DNA from: a bacterium | GTDB taxonomy: Bacteria; JAHJDO01 | DNA length: 64,000 nucleotides | Direction: 5' to 3' | Assembly: GCA_030652805.1 (NCBI GenBank) | Contig: JAUSPT010000032.1 | Coordinates: 109,992 to 173,991, forward strand | Shown: positions 1 to 10,103 of the stretch, in pieces | Layout: the number at the start of each line of letters is the position of its first letter | Numbering within the stretch: the first letter of the stretch is position 1 | Notes under the pieces: model-generated | The model's input: the letters and a program-made list of their open reading frames with translations, nothing else | The model's database searches: none | What the model was told of the DNA's origin: nothing | Made by a program: the position numbers and the translations under genes

Positions 1-538
1 ATTCGGAAGAATTGATATCCTGGTGAACAATGCCGGTATAGCCTATATTGAACCCTTCTTCAAAGTTAGTGAAGAAACATGGGACAGAACTCTGGATGTG
101 AACCTAAAAGGCACCTTCTTCACCAGTCAAATAGTGGCTAATAAGATGATTAAAAAACAAATTGAAGGCAGGATTATTAATGTATCTGCCACTAATGGTC
201 AGGTGGCAGAAGTGGATACTGTCCACTACAATGCTTCCAAAGGGGGAATGGATATGGTAACTTGCTCCTTAGCTATTGAACTGGCTCCTTTTGGGATAAG
301 GGTCAATGGAATAGCTCCTGGCATCATTAAAACAGAGATAGATGTGGATTTCTTTGCCGACTCCAAATTCAAGGAACATTATCAACAGCATATTCCTATG
401 CGAAGATTTGGAGAAGTCGAAGAAGTGGGGAAGACAGCTGTATTCTTAGCCTCGGATGATTCTTCATATATCACGGGACACACAATAGTAATAGATGGCG
501 GTCTACTCTGTGAACAGGTTCCTAAATTACAAAACTGA
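1..538 (+). CDS. short-chain dehydrogenase/reductase (SDR), 5'-truncated by window edge
   Basis: Translation has the SDR catalytic region, including the YxxxK-type motif (YNASKGG) and ...IAPGIIKTEI...; the ORF is open at the window start. Confidence 0.8.
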   Translation, partial: FGRIDILVNNAGIAYIEPFFKVSEETWDRTLDVNLKGTFFTSQIVANKMIKKQIEGRIINVSATNGQVAEVDTVHYNASKGGMDMVTCSLAIELAPFGIRVNGIAPGIIKTEIDVDFFADSKFKEHYQQHIPMRRFGEVEEVGKTAVFLASDDSSYITGHTIVIDGGLLCEQVPKLQN

Positions 539-552
539 GAGGAATTTAACAT

Positions 553-1875
553 ATGAATATTTTACTCATTATGCCTGAGGCTCTTAGACCTATGAATCTG
601 CACTGCTGCGGTTATGCAAAGCAAACAAGTCCTTTTATCGATAAATTAGCGCGTGAAGGAGTCTTGTTTAGGAACGCAATAGCTCAGACTGCTCACACCT
701 ATCCTGGCGTAGCTTCTATTTACACAGGCCTTTATCCTCATACTCACGAACTTGAAGCAGAAGAAAGCTATAACAGGATAAAAGAGATATCATGGAGTTA
801 TCTTAAATCTAGACGGGAATTTAAAAATTGGGAGACTCCATTAGATATCCTTAAAAGAAAGGATTATCGGATAATTGGGAAATATGGGGGAAGTATATCT
901 CAGCCTCTTGGGTGTACTACTGATATACATGATGAAGGAGGCATATTAAAAGCTATAGAAAAGTATAAGGACAATGAATTTCTCATAATGGATATGTCTT
1001 ATCGTACCCATATTGCATATCAGGCAGAACCGCCATATGATACGATGTTTCTTCCGGAAGGATATAAGGTTACAGATAATTTCAAAAAATACGAGCAGAT
1101 GGTTAAAGAAACCGGGCATGGATACATATTAAATCCAAAACTTGTTAGCAAGAAATATCAGAAAGCAAAGACAGCTACAGCGTGGAAAGTTTTTACTCTT
1201 TCCAAAGAGGACAGGCCTTCAATTATAGCGCGATATGACGGAGCTTTGAGAATGCTGGATATGGAAATAGAAACCTATATTAAAAAGCTTGAAGAGCTCG
1301 GTATTTTAGACGACACCCTGATTATAATAACCTCAGATCACGGAGAAGAAATACTGGAGCATGGATCCTTAGGGCATGCATCCTGCTCCATGGCAGGAAC
1401 TCTGTATGAAGAAAATGTAAGAATTCCTCTGATTATGAGATATCCTAAAGCATTACCACAAGGGAAAATAATAGACACACAGATTGGTCAGGTAGATATA
1501 ATGCCCACAATATTTGATATGCTCGGCCTCTCTATGCCTGAGGGGACAGAGGGGCATTCTCTTATGCCGCTTATCAAAGGAGAAAAAGTAGATTTTAATG
1601 AAGAAACTTATCTGGAAACGCTCAAATGTGGCTGGCAGACTTTGCCTGATGATGGAAGAATGTTGTGGGCAGTAAGAACGCCTGAATGGAAACTGATTTT
1701 TAACTATGATTATAAGAACGAAGAAGACAAGGGTTCTTACGAATTATATAATCTAAAAAATGACCCGGGAGAAAAACACAATCTTATTGATAAAGAACCA
1801 GAAATAGCAAAAACATTTGAAAATAAATTAAATAAGAAGATAAAAGACAGACTGGCATCACTTAACAGACGATAA
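553..1875 (+). CDS. alkaline-phosphatase superfamily / sulfatase-family (PF00884-like) hydrolase; probably not a true sulfatase
   Basis: Sulfatase-family core (IIITSDHGEEILEHGSLGHA, N-terminal NILLIM...CCGY). The C-x-P-x-R formylglycine site is replaced by T-Y-P-G-V, so Thr is the likely nucleophile. RBS-like GAGGAA lies upstream. Confidence 0.65.
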   Translation: MNILLIMPEALRPMNLHCCGYAKQTSPFIDKLAREGVLFRNAIAQTAHTYPGVASIYTGLYPHTHELEAEESYNRIKEISWSYLKSRREFKNWETPLDILKRKDYRIIGKYGGSISQPLGCTTDIHDEGGILKAIEKYKDNEFLIMDMSYRTHIAYQAEPPYDTMFLPEGYKVTDNFKKYEQMVKETGHGYILNPKLVSKKYQKAKTATAWKVFTLSKEDRPSIIARYDGALRMLDMEIETYIKKLEELGILDDTLIIITSDHGEEILEHGSLGHASCSMAGTLYEENVRIPLIMRYPKALPQGKIIDTQIGQVDIMPTIFDMLGLSMPEGTEGHSLMPLIKGEKVDFNEETYLETLKCGWQTLPDDGRMLWAVRTPEWKLIFNYDYKNEEDKGSYELYNLKNDPGEKHNLIDKEPEIAKTFENKLNKKIKDRLASLNRR

Positions 1876-1890
1876 CAAGGGAGGTATGAT

Positions 1891-2925
1891 ATGGCTTATG
1901 AAGGGGTAATGGATGATATCCAAACATGTGTAAATCTGGGCGTTCCAAAGAGAGTTCCTGTATTTGCCAATAGTGAAGAATTTGATGTTAAATGGTATGG
2001 GAAATATATCTATGAAGATGTATGTCAGGATGCAGGCAAGTTAGCAGAGGTATGGATTGCGGCTGTAGAAGAGTTTGATTATGACTGGGCATGGCTGCAA
2101 ATTGATGATTGTATTGAATTCGAAGTATTAGGAATTGGATGTCACGGAGAAGGAAATATTCTTCGCGCAACAAAAGATTATCTGCCTGCAACACAGGATA
2201 CATTAAAAAACCTCAAAATACCTGATCCAGACAAAGATGGCAGAATGCCGATGAAACTTGAAGCAATAAGGAAAATAAGAAAGCATTTTGGAGAAAGAGT
2301 ATGTTTATGTGCCAGTAATGCAGCGCCTTTTTCTTCCGTGGCGCTTCTATACGGGCTTACTGAAACAATGATGCTCATTCACACAGATTCCAAGCTGCTT
2401 AAAGATACCTGCGATTTTTTTGTTGAACTTCAAAAAATGTGGGGAGTAGCTCAAATTAAAGCAGGTGCACATGCTATCTGGCTAGGCGACTGTAATTCAA
2501 TGAGTAATCTCATATCTGCGCAGCAGTATAAGGAATTTGCATTTGAACCATGCAAAAAAGTTACAACAGCATATAGAGAAGCAGGAGGTCTAACATTTCT
2601 ACATAATAGTGAGGAATCTGTTCCTCATATAGAATTAGAAACTCAGCTTGGAGTAAGCGCAATAAGCGTAGGACCTGGCATAGACATTGAAAAAGCAAAG
2701 GAAACAGTAAAAGGGAAAACATGTCTTCTGGGTAATCTGGACCCAATAAATATTTTGATGAATGGAACTCCTCAGCAGATAGCTAAAGAAACAGAGAGAA
2801 TCATGACTATTGGTAAAAAGGATGGTGGATATATATTCAATACCGGTGAGATGAATCCAAGTGATGTTCCTGTCGAGAATATGAAAACAATGATCCAAAC
2901 AGCAAAAAAATTTGGAAAGGATTAA
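1891..2925 (+). CDS. uroporphyrinogen-decarboxylase (URO-D) family protein (MtaA/CmuA-like methyltransferase fold)
   Basis: 344 aa; family-level resemblance to URO-D/MtaA proteins; GGAGG RBS upstream; start is separated from the upstream gene by 15 nt. Confidence 0.55.
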   Translation: MAYEGVMDDIQTCVNLGVPKRVPVFANSEEFDVKWYGKYIYEDVCQDAGKLAEVWIAAVEEFDYDWAWLQIDDCIEFEVLGIGCHGEGNILRATKDYLPATQDTLKNLKIPDPDKDGRMPMKLEAIRKIRKHFGERVCLCASNAAPFSSVALLYGLTETMMLIHTDSKLLKDTCDFFVELQKMWGVAQIKAGAHAIWLGDCNSMSNLISAQQYKEFAFEPCKKVTTAYREAGGLTFLHNSEESVPHIELETQLGVSAISVGPGIDIEKAKETVKGKTCLLGNLDPINILMNGTPQQIAKETERIMTIGKKDGGYIFNTGEMNPSDVPVENMKTMIQTAKKFGKD

Positions 2926-4649
2926 TGGCAGACTCAAATAAGAGCAAGGGGAATCTTGCAGTCTTAACAGTAATAGACAGCAGCAAGAAGGAATTCCCGT
3001 ATGTTAAGCAAGGATTCTTTCTTGCTTTTCGGCATTTAGGAATTCCTTACAGAACAATAGATTTATCAAAAGAAAATTTAACCCCGGGAAAAATCGCTGA
3101 CTGCCGAGCTGTTGTTATTGCTCAGGAAGGGATAGGAGAAAAGTTTTCTTCGGCTGATGGAGACAGTATCAAAAAGTCCGTAGAAGAGTCTGGTGTGGGG
3201 TTAATTAATTTTGATCATCGCCTGAATTCCTATCCTTCTGTCCTGCGTAACATACTTATCGGTACAAATAAAAATATTAAATTTAACGCATCAAAAGGGT
3301 TGAAAATAAAAGATACTCATCATTTTATCACTGAAACCTACCAAGAAAATCAAAAGACAGAATTTTTGCAGGATATTGAAGTGGCAATTCTATCATCGTC
3401 TTTTGAGAAAGATAATCTTATTAGCTCATTAGAAAATTATCCTGTTCTAAATTTATCGCGTCTTGGCAAAGGAAGAGTTATCCAATTTTTTATCTCTCCC
3501 AGGATGTGGCACTGTGAATATTTTGGGCACCTGCATGGGTTAGATGGGCTTTTTTATAAGTCAATTATCTGGGCAGCAAAAAAACCGTTTTTGATGATGG
3601 CGATGCCTCCGTTTGTTACAGCAAGGATAGATGACTGTTCCGGTTCAGAAAGTCATTACATAACAAATGGAAAAAGCGCAGCATTAAATTTCAGATACAT
3701 CGATACATTGAACAAGTATGGTTACATCCCTAATATCGGTCCATTCCTTGATGACATTACAGATAGTGATGGGAAAATCATAAAGAAAAAATATGATAAG
3801 AAACTTGCTGAATTTTCTCCACATGCATTTGGAGAGAGTAAGGATAGAAAAATTAAGAGTATGATATATATGAAGCATAACGGAGAAGAATATACCAAGA
3901 AAGAACTTACAAGAAATTTCGAGAAAGTAGACAGGAAGTTTTCTTCATGGGGAATAAAGCCATCAAGAGTGCTTAACGCGCATTACTGTGAAACAGGAAT
4001 TAACTCTATTCCCTTCCTGAAGAAAAGGGAACAAAACCTTCTAATGGGAATTTCTGTATTGTTTGGGAAAAGATACAGTGATCCTTCGCCAGAAAATTGG
4101 AAACCATACGGGATAAAGAGAAGAGACGGGAAATATGCTTTTATTGCTGATTATATGCCTGATTACCCGGAATTTTTCAATTTATCAAATGCATTCCCTT
4201 ATGAGGAGCGCATTGATTTTCTTCATGGGAACACAAAATTCGAAGGAGAAAACAAAAAAAATGCTATAGAGGATGCAATAAAAAAAGGAGTTGAAATAAT
4301 AACTCTGGGACTGGATAGTTTATTTTTTGGATGTCTCCTGACACATGAGCAGAGAATCTCTGCTATGAATGCTGAGGAATGGGAACAAGTTCTGAAGGGT
4401 ATAGACAAATTAACTTCAAAATATAAAAAGATATTTAAAGGATATGATTATATTGCTGAATACGCAAAGAGTAGATATGACACAAAAATAACAGAGGCAA
4501 ATTATAATTCCACAACAGAGCAGATGATATTAAAACTAAAAGGTAAATCCAGTTTGCCGTTAAAAGTTTATGTTTATAATGATGAAAGCTGTCAACATAA
4601 ATTTAAAGAGATACCAGTATTCGAGGGGGAGACGCAGATTAATTTTTAA
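2925..4649 (+). CDS. hypothetical protein (574 aa), N-terminus with ThuA/class-I glutamine-amidotransferase-like features
   Basis: Long ORF whose ATG overlaps the upstream stop (ATGGCAGAC); AT-rich codon usage matches neighbours; no motif recognised with certainty. Confidence 0.4.
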   Translation: MADSNKSKGNLAVLTVIDSSKKEFPYVKQGFFLAFRHLGIPYRTIDLSKENLTPGKIADCRAVVIAQEGIGEKFSSADGDSIKKSVEESGVGLINFDHRLNSYPSVLRNILIGTNKNIKFNASKGLKIKDTHHFITETYQENQKTEFLQDIEVAILSSSFEKDNLISSLENYPVLNLSRLGKGRVIQFFISPRMWHCEYFGHLHGLDGLFYKSIIWAAKKPFLMMAMPPFVTARIDDCSGSESHYITNGKSAALNFRYIDTLNKYGYIPNIGPFLDDITDSDGKIIKKKYDKKLAEFSPHAFGESKDRKIKSMIYMKHNGEEYTKKELTRNFEKVDRKFSSWGIKPSRVLNAHYCETGINSIPFLKKREQNLLMGISVLFGKRYSDPSPENWKPYGIKRRDGKYAFIADYMPDYPEFFNLSNAFPYEERIDFLHGNTKFEGENKKNAIEDAIKKGVEIITLGLDSLFFGCLLTHEQRISAMNAEEWEQVLKGIDKLTSKYKKIFKGYDYIAEYAKSRYDTKITEANYNSTTEQMILKLKGKSSLPLKVYVYNDESCQHKFKEIPVFEGETQINF

Positions 4650-4678
4650 TTATAAATTATTAATAGGAGAAATAGGAA

Positions 4679-5986
4679 ATGGGAAATGGGAAATCAGGAC
4701 ATGAGGCTACTGGAAGCAAACCAACAAGTTCCAAGCCGGATGACGGCGTTACACTAAGAGTTCCTTACTCTTATTTTGGTGCAATGTATGATGATGATGA
4801 AGAAAAAGCCGTCCTCAGGGCAATGAAACAGGACAGGCAGACAAAAGGACCTCATCTGGAACAATTCCAGAAAGAGTTTGCAGCTATGTGCGGAGTAAAA
4901 CATGCTCTTGCAACCTCTAACTGTACTACTGCGATGCATGCAGCAACTCAGGCTTTTGGTATTAAAGAAGGAGATGAAGTAATTATTACACCAAACACAT
5001 TTATTGCTACTTCTCTTGTGCTTTTAAAAGAAGGTGCAAGACCTGTATATTCAGATATTGACCCAAAAACATATAACATCGACCCAAAACAGATAGAAGA
5101 TAAGATAACTCCTAAAACAAAAGCGATTTATGTCGTTCATTATGGCGGGCAGATGTGTGATATGGACCCCATTATGGAGATAGCAAAAAAACATAATATC
5201 TATGTTTTGGAAGACTGCGCTCATACACCCGGAGCAGAATACAAAGGAAGAAAAGCAGGAAGTATCGGAGATATTGGATGTTTCAGTTTTCATTCTTTAA
5301 AAAACATGACTACATTAGGTGAGGGAGGCATGGTTACAACTAATAATGATGAAATAGCTGCAAGAGTAGCAAGGCTTCGCGCAATGAATACAGCAACGTG
5401 GGACTTCCCTGAAGGACAAAGCACATTCAGTTTTGCAGGGTACACATTGACAAAGACAGGTATATCCGATTACTGGATTCCCTCACATCATGATGTTGTA
5501 GATGACGATGGAAAGTGGGGAAATAACTACAGAATGAATGAAACCCAGGCTGCAGTCGGGATATGTCAGCTCAAAAAGTTAAAAAAGATGAATGAAAAAC
5601 GGAGAGAATTCGGGCGTTATATTAATGAGTCCATCAAAGATATTAAAGGCATAACTCCGGTATATGAAGACCCAAACTGTTACCATGTTTATCACCTTTA
5701 TACCGTTTGTGTCGAAGAAGAAATGGGCATAGAAAGAGACGCTTTTATGCGCGTTCTTTACAGAGAGTATGGGGTCCAACCAATATTGCACTATCAGCCA
5801 ACATATCACTATACCGGGTTAAAAAAGTTAGGTTATCCTGACAAGCTCTGTCCAGTTGCAGAAAAATTCTTTTACAAAAGAGAACTAAATCTTCCCATAC
5901 ATCCGAGATTAACGAAGGAAGACTGCAACATAATGATTGAAGGAATTAAGAAAGCTGCAAAAAAGGTGAGAAGATGCGAGCGCTAG
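4679..5986 (+). CDS. DegT/DnrJ/EryC1/StrS-family PLP-dependent sugar aminotransferase/dehydratase
   Basis: 435 aa; DegT-family pattern (…FHSLKNMTTLGEGGMVTT…, …HYQPTYHY…); N-terminal extension of about 60 aa. Confidence 0.8.
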   Translation: MGNGKSGHEATGSKPTSSKPDDGVTLRVPYSYFGAMYDDDEEKAVLRAMKQDRQTKGPHLEQFQKEFAAMCGVKHALATSNCTTAMHAATQAFGIKEGDEVIITPNTFIATSLVLLKEGARPVYSDIDPKTYNIDPKQIEDKITPKTKAIYVVHYGGQMCDMDPIMEIAKKHNIYVLEDCAHTPGAEYKGRKAGSIGDIGCFSFHSLKNMTTLGEGGMVTTNNDEIAARVARLRAMNTATWDFPEGQSTFSFAGYTLTKTGISDYWIPSHHDVVDDDGKWGNNYRMNETQAAVGICQLKKLKKMNEKRREFGRYINESIKDIKGITPVYEDPNCYHVYHLYTVCVEEEMGIERDAFMRVLYREYGVQPILHYQPTYHYTGLKKLGYPDKLCPVAEKFFYKRELNLPIHPRLTKEDCNIMIEGIKKAAKKVRRCER

Positions 5987-6768
5987 CGAAGCAATTTTGA
6001 GACAGAATCAAATTCTCTTTTTATCCCACTAAATCCCTTAGCCAGTAAAATAACAGCTGCGCCCCAGCAGAGAAATCTAGCCCCTTTCTCCAGAAACTTC
6101 TCAGCAGATTCAGCATTACCAATAGTAATTCCCCAGTGTTTGCCATGCCTTTTTGCCGCATCAGCAACCTTGTCTATAACCTGCTGAAGCTCAGGATTAT
6201 CAAAATCCAGAGGTCTGCCAAGACTCTGAGAAAGATCTGCAGGACCTACAAGTAATATATCTATCCCATTTACAGAGGCTATATCGTCAATTTTTTCTAC
6301 TGCCTCTTTATCCTCTATTTGAACAACAATAAAAGTTTCTTCATTGGACTGCGTCATAAATTCCTTCATTGGCTGTAATGAATGGTCAGTATGCGCTTCT
6401 ATCCCATCCATTCCTCTGAGTCCTATTGGCGCAAATTTTGTATTTCGTACTGCCCATTCTGCTTCTTCTCTACTCATACAATGCGGAACCATAATCCCGT
6501 TTGCACCGGATTCAATAGCTCGAAAATAGCTGAAGTATCCCGCTTTTCTGATTCTTACCATTGCATCAATATCTGTGGCACGACAGGCAAGACTCATATT
6601 CCAAATATCGCTATCATTGAAGTCCTGATGTTCATGGTCAATCCAGATACAGTCATACCCAACTTTACCTATCAGCTCACAGATTTTTGCTGATGGATAT
6701 GGTGTTGGGCTGCCAACTAAAACTGGTTTATTCTGCCGAAGTTTTTTTAATACGCTACTTTGTCTCAT
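5983..6768 (-). CDS. HpcH/HpaI-family aldolase (2-keto-3-deoxy-sugar acid aldolase-like)
   Basis: 261 aa; HpcH/HpaI aldolase family pattern (…GYDCIWIDHEH…, …GIMVPHC…EEAEWAV…). Confidence 0.7.
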   Translation of the reverse strand: MRQSSVLKKLRQNKPVLVGSPTPYPSAKICELIGKVGYDCIWIDHEHQDFNDSDIWNMSLACRATDIDAMVRIRKAGYFSYFRAIESGANGIMVPHCMSREEAEWAVRNTKFAPIGLRGMDGIEAHTDHSLQPMKEFMTQSNEETFIVVQIEDKEAVEKIDDIASVNGIDILLVGPADLSQSLGRPLDFDNPELQQVIDKVADAAKRHGKHWGITIGNAESAEKFLEKGARFLCWGAAVILLAKGFSGIKREFDSVSKLLR

Positions 6769-6793
6769 ATTCGCTCCTTAAGTTTTTATGAAA

Positions 6794-7741
6794 TTATAAC
6801 CATCCGTTATTTGTCCATTTCTTCATATCAATAAATGATTGGTCCGGATATTTTAATTTTTTTAATCTGTCCACAGTTTCTGAGCTTAGAGGTTCTGTAT
6901 CTGCATTTTTAACTGCCCGATCAATATACTCCTTTTTATCCATTCCCAGAATGGTTGATGTTACTCCACTATTTGATAATACAAACTTTATAGCCAAATC
7001 AGAGAGCGATTCAATTTTCCCATTTATGAAAGAATTATATTTCTCTATGTGCTTTACAATTGGATTTAATTCTGATGAAATTTGAAATCTTTTATCAGTA
7101 AGAATACCTTTCATAAGCGCTGACCTTACAATTATGCCTACACCCTGCCTTTTTGCCATAAAAATAACATTTTCTGTCTGTTGCTCAATTAGATTGTATG
7201 CTACCTGCAGAGCATCAAATACTTCTTTTTCCAGAGCTTCTTTTGCCATACCAATACCATAAGTGGATGCACCAATTAATCTTACCTTCCCCTGCTTTTT
7301 AAACTTATATAAAGCATTTAAAACATCGCTACAATAGAGTTTTTTATCAGCTTCATGTATTTGCAATATATCAATATAATCTGTTTTTAATAACTTCAGG
7401 CTTTTATTGATACTATTATTAATTTTCTTTTCAATTACTGATTTTGAAGGAAGCATACCATTTTCTAGAATCAATGCTAATTTTGTCCCAATTACTACAC
7501 TGTGTCTTTTACCTTTTAATGCCTTACCTAGAATTTCTTCACTCCTGCCATATGCAGGTGCTGTATCAAAGAAATTTATTCCCTTATTTATAGCATAATC
7601 TACAAGTCTGGATGTTTCTTCCTCTAACAAAATACATGACTTACCATTAATTTTTATCCCATATTCACACCCAATAGAGGCACATCCAAATCCTATCCTA
7701 GATATTTTAACTCCTGTATTACCAATCTCTTTTAGTTGCAT
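6794..7741 (-). CDS. aldo/keto reductase
   Basis: 315 aa; AKR signature (GINFFDTAPAYGRSEEILGKAL, IGASTYG). Confidence 0.8.
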   Translation of the reverse strand: MQLKEIGNTGVKISRIGFGCASIGCEYGIKINGKSCILLEEETSRLVDYAINKGINFFDTAPAYGRSEEILGKALKGKRHSVVIGTKLALILENGMLPSKSVIEKKINNSINKSLKLLKTDYIDILQIHEADKKLYCSDVLNALYKFKKQGKVRLIGASTYGIGMAKEALEKEVFDALQVAYNLIEQQTENVIFMAKRQGVGIIVRSALMKGILTDKRFQISSELNPIVKHIEKYNSFINGKIESLSDLAIKFVLSNSGVTSTILGMDKKEYIDRAVKNADTEPLSSETVDRLKKLKYPDQSFIDMKKWTNNGWL

Positions 7742-7755
7742 AAAATTTTACTCGG

Positions 7756-8823
7756 CTATATCTTGTGAAATTTTTCTATAACACGAAGAAAGGCATTATT
7801 CTCAGATGATTTTCCAACAGTAACTCGCAAACAATTCTTTAGCAATTTATTATCAGCTACATTGCGTATGAGAATACCGCCGGTAAGAAGCTTCTTAAAC
7901 ATAGTTTCTGACGAAATTTTTGGCCTGAATAGAATAAAGTTTGCTTCTGTCGGAAATGTATAGAGCATGCTGTTTTTTCCCATCTCTCCCAGGAGCCTAG
8001 CTTTTTCAGAGATAATAATTTTAATAGCTTCATTGCATTTTTTCTTATGTTTTAAGGCTATGATTCCTATGCGCTGTGAAATGGAATTCAAATTAAATGG
8101 TAACTTTACTTTGTTAACCTGTTGCACTACCTTTTCCGAAGCTATCATATAACCTATACGACAGCCTGCAAGGCCGTATGCTTTGGAAAACGTTCTTAGT
8201 ATAACCAGATTATCGTACTTATTAATTAGTGGTAAAAATGTTTTCTTTGAAAATTCTGAATAAGCTTCATCCATTACAACAAGCCCGGATGAACTTTTGA
8301 TAATACTTATTATTTTATCTTTTGAGAAGCAATTGCCTGTGGGATTATTAGGATATCCGATAAAAATGAGACTGGGTTGATTCTTCTTAATATATCTAAG
8401 CGTAGTATCTATATTAATATCAAACTTCTTATCAAGGCTTATAACTTTGCTCTTTGTGTTACATACTGTTGATATTATTCCATACATCGAAAACGATGGA
8501 TAAAAAACTAAAGAGGCCTTGCTGCCGAAAGCCAGTGTTAATGATTGTATCAATTCATCAGAACCATTCCCCAGTGTTATTCTATCTTTGTCTACTTTTA
8601 TTTCCCCAGCGAGTAATTCCTTTAGCAGAGATACATCAGGATCCGGATATCTATTAAATGGGTGTTTAAATAAATCCTTCAATATAATCTCTTTCAATTC
8701 CATGGGAAAATCAAAAGGATTTTCATTAGCATCAAGCTTGAGCTTACAATCAACTTTTTCAGTTGAATAAGGTTTTAGTTTTTTTATGTTTTCCCGAAGT
8801 ATTAAGTCAAAATTTGTTTTCAC
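7756..8823 (-). CDS. hisC: histidinol-phosphate aminotransferase
   Basis: 355 aa class-II aminotransferase with LDANENPF and YPDPD motifs and a PLP-lysine region (FSKAYGLAGCRIGY). Confidence 0.85.
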   Translation of the reverse strand: MKTNFDLILRENIKKLKPYSTEKVDCKLKLDANENPFDFPMELKEIILKDLFKHPFNRYPDPDVSLLKELLAGEIKVDKDRITLGNGSDELIQSLTLAFGSKASLVFYPSFSMYGIISTVCNTKSKVISLDKKFDINIDTTLRYIKKNQPSLIFIGYPNNPTGNCFSKDKIISIIKSSSGLVVMDEAYSEFSKKTFLPLINKYDNLVILRTFSKAYGLAGCRIGYMIASEKVVQQVNKVKLPFNLNSISQRIGIIALKHKKKCNEAIKIIISEKARLLGEMGKNSMLYTFPTEANFILFRPKISSETMFKKLLTGGILIRNVADNKLLKNCLRVTVGKSSENNAFLRVIEKFHKI

Positions 8824-10046
8824 AATTCATGTTCCAATCTTATTAGCAGAGATTTCTTGTGTGCATCCATTCCTTCTAAATCTGCCAGCAAACTCAATGA
8901 CCTCTTAACCTTCTTTAGTCCTTTTCTACTGTAACAGATAATAGAAGATTTTTTCAAAAAATCATCAATACTTAATGGAGAGGAAACCCTTGCCATGCCC
9001 CCGGTTGGCAAGACATGATTTGGCCCTGCAATGTAATCCCCTACTGCTACAGGACTGTATTCTCCAAGAAAGATTACTCCTGCATTCTTTATCTTCTTTG
9101 CTAGTTTCTGCGGCTTCGAAACATGAAGCTCCAGATGCTCAGGAGCTATTTGATTTACTATTAATACTGCTTTATCCAGGGTTTTTACAATTAATATCTC
9201 TTTCCCTTTATCCAGCGATTTCTCAATAGCTTTTCTTCCAGGCAATAAAGCAACTTGTTTTTTCATCAAAACATTGACTTTATCTGCAACAAGTTTTGAT
9301 GTTGTGATTAAGATAAACCTTCCGTTTTCTCCATGCTCAGCCTGAGAAATAAGGTCTGCTGTAATATATTTGGGATTTGCATCCTTATCTGCAATAATTA
9401 CTATTTCACTGGGTCCTGCAATCATATCAATATCAACTGCTCCATAAACTAGTTTCTTAGCAGTAGAAACATATATATTCCCAGGCCCAACAATTTTATC
9501 TACTTTTGGGATTATCTTTGTACCAAAAGCAAGCGCAGCAATTGCTTGCGCTCCTCCAACCTTATATACTTCTCTTACCCTTAAAAAATCAAGCACAGCT
9601 AATACATATTTATTGACCTGCCCATTCTTTTGTAGCGGCGTAACTGCAATAATCCTTCTAACTCCAGCTAACCTTGCAGGAATAACAGTCATTAATACAG
9701 AAGATATAAGAGGCGCAGTACCGCCTGGAATATACACCCCAACATTTTCAATAGGAGTATATTTTTCCCCTAGCAAAACAGTCTTTGGACTACCGCGATA
9801 CCAGGTTTTTCTTCCATGAATTTGCTTTTTATGAAAGTTCTCTATATTGCGTTTTGCTTCTTTTACTGCTTTGAGAACTTCACCTGCCAGAACAGACCTT
9901 GAGTCTTTTATCTCCTGTTTTGAAACCTTTAATTGGCTTTTCGTTAATAAAACCCCATCAAACTTCTTAGTGTAGCTTAAAAGCGCCTTATCACCATTGA
10001 TTCTGACATCATCAATAATCTTTTTTACTGTTTGCTCTATATTCAT
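8820..10046 (-). CDS. hisD: histidinol dehydrogenase
   Basis: 408 aa; HisD signature (…SQAEHGENG…, AGPSE, GDYIAGPNHVLPTGG); translationally coupled to hisC. Confidence 0.9.
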   Translation of the reverse strand: MNIEQTVKKIIDDVRINGDKALLSYTKKFDGVLLTKSQLKVSKQEIKDSRSVLAGEVLKAVKEAKRNIENFHKKQIHGRKTWYRGSPKTVLLGEKYTPIENVGVYIPGGTAPLISSVLMTVIPARLAGVRRIIAVTPLQKNGQVNKYVLAVLDFLRVREVYKVGGAQAIAALAFGTKIIPKVDKIVGPGNIYVSTAKKLVYGAVDIDMIAGPSEIVIIADKDANPKYITADLISQAEHGENGRFILITTSKLVADKVNVLMKKQVALLPGRKAIEKSLDKGKEILIVKTLDKAVLIVNQIAPEHLELHVSKPQKLAKKIKNAGVIFLGEYSPVAVGDYIAGPNHVLPTGGMARVSSPLSIDDFLKKSSIICYSRKGLKKVKRSLSLLADLEGMDAHKKSLLIRLEHEL

Positions 10047-10103
10047 TATAACCTCTTTTCATAACTATACTTGTATACCTCAGTAAACCCCCGTCTGTCA
10101 AAT

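Noticed and set aside
553-1875. Calling this gene an arylsulfatase
   Set aside because: The formylglycine C/S-x-P-x-R signature is absent (it reads T-Y-P-G-V), so only superfamily membership is supported.
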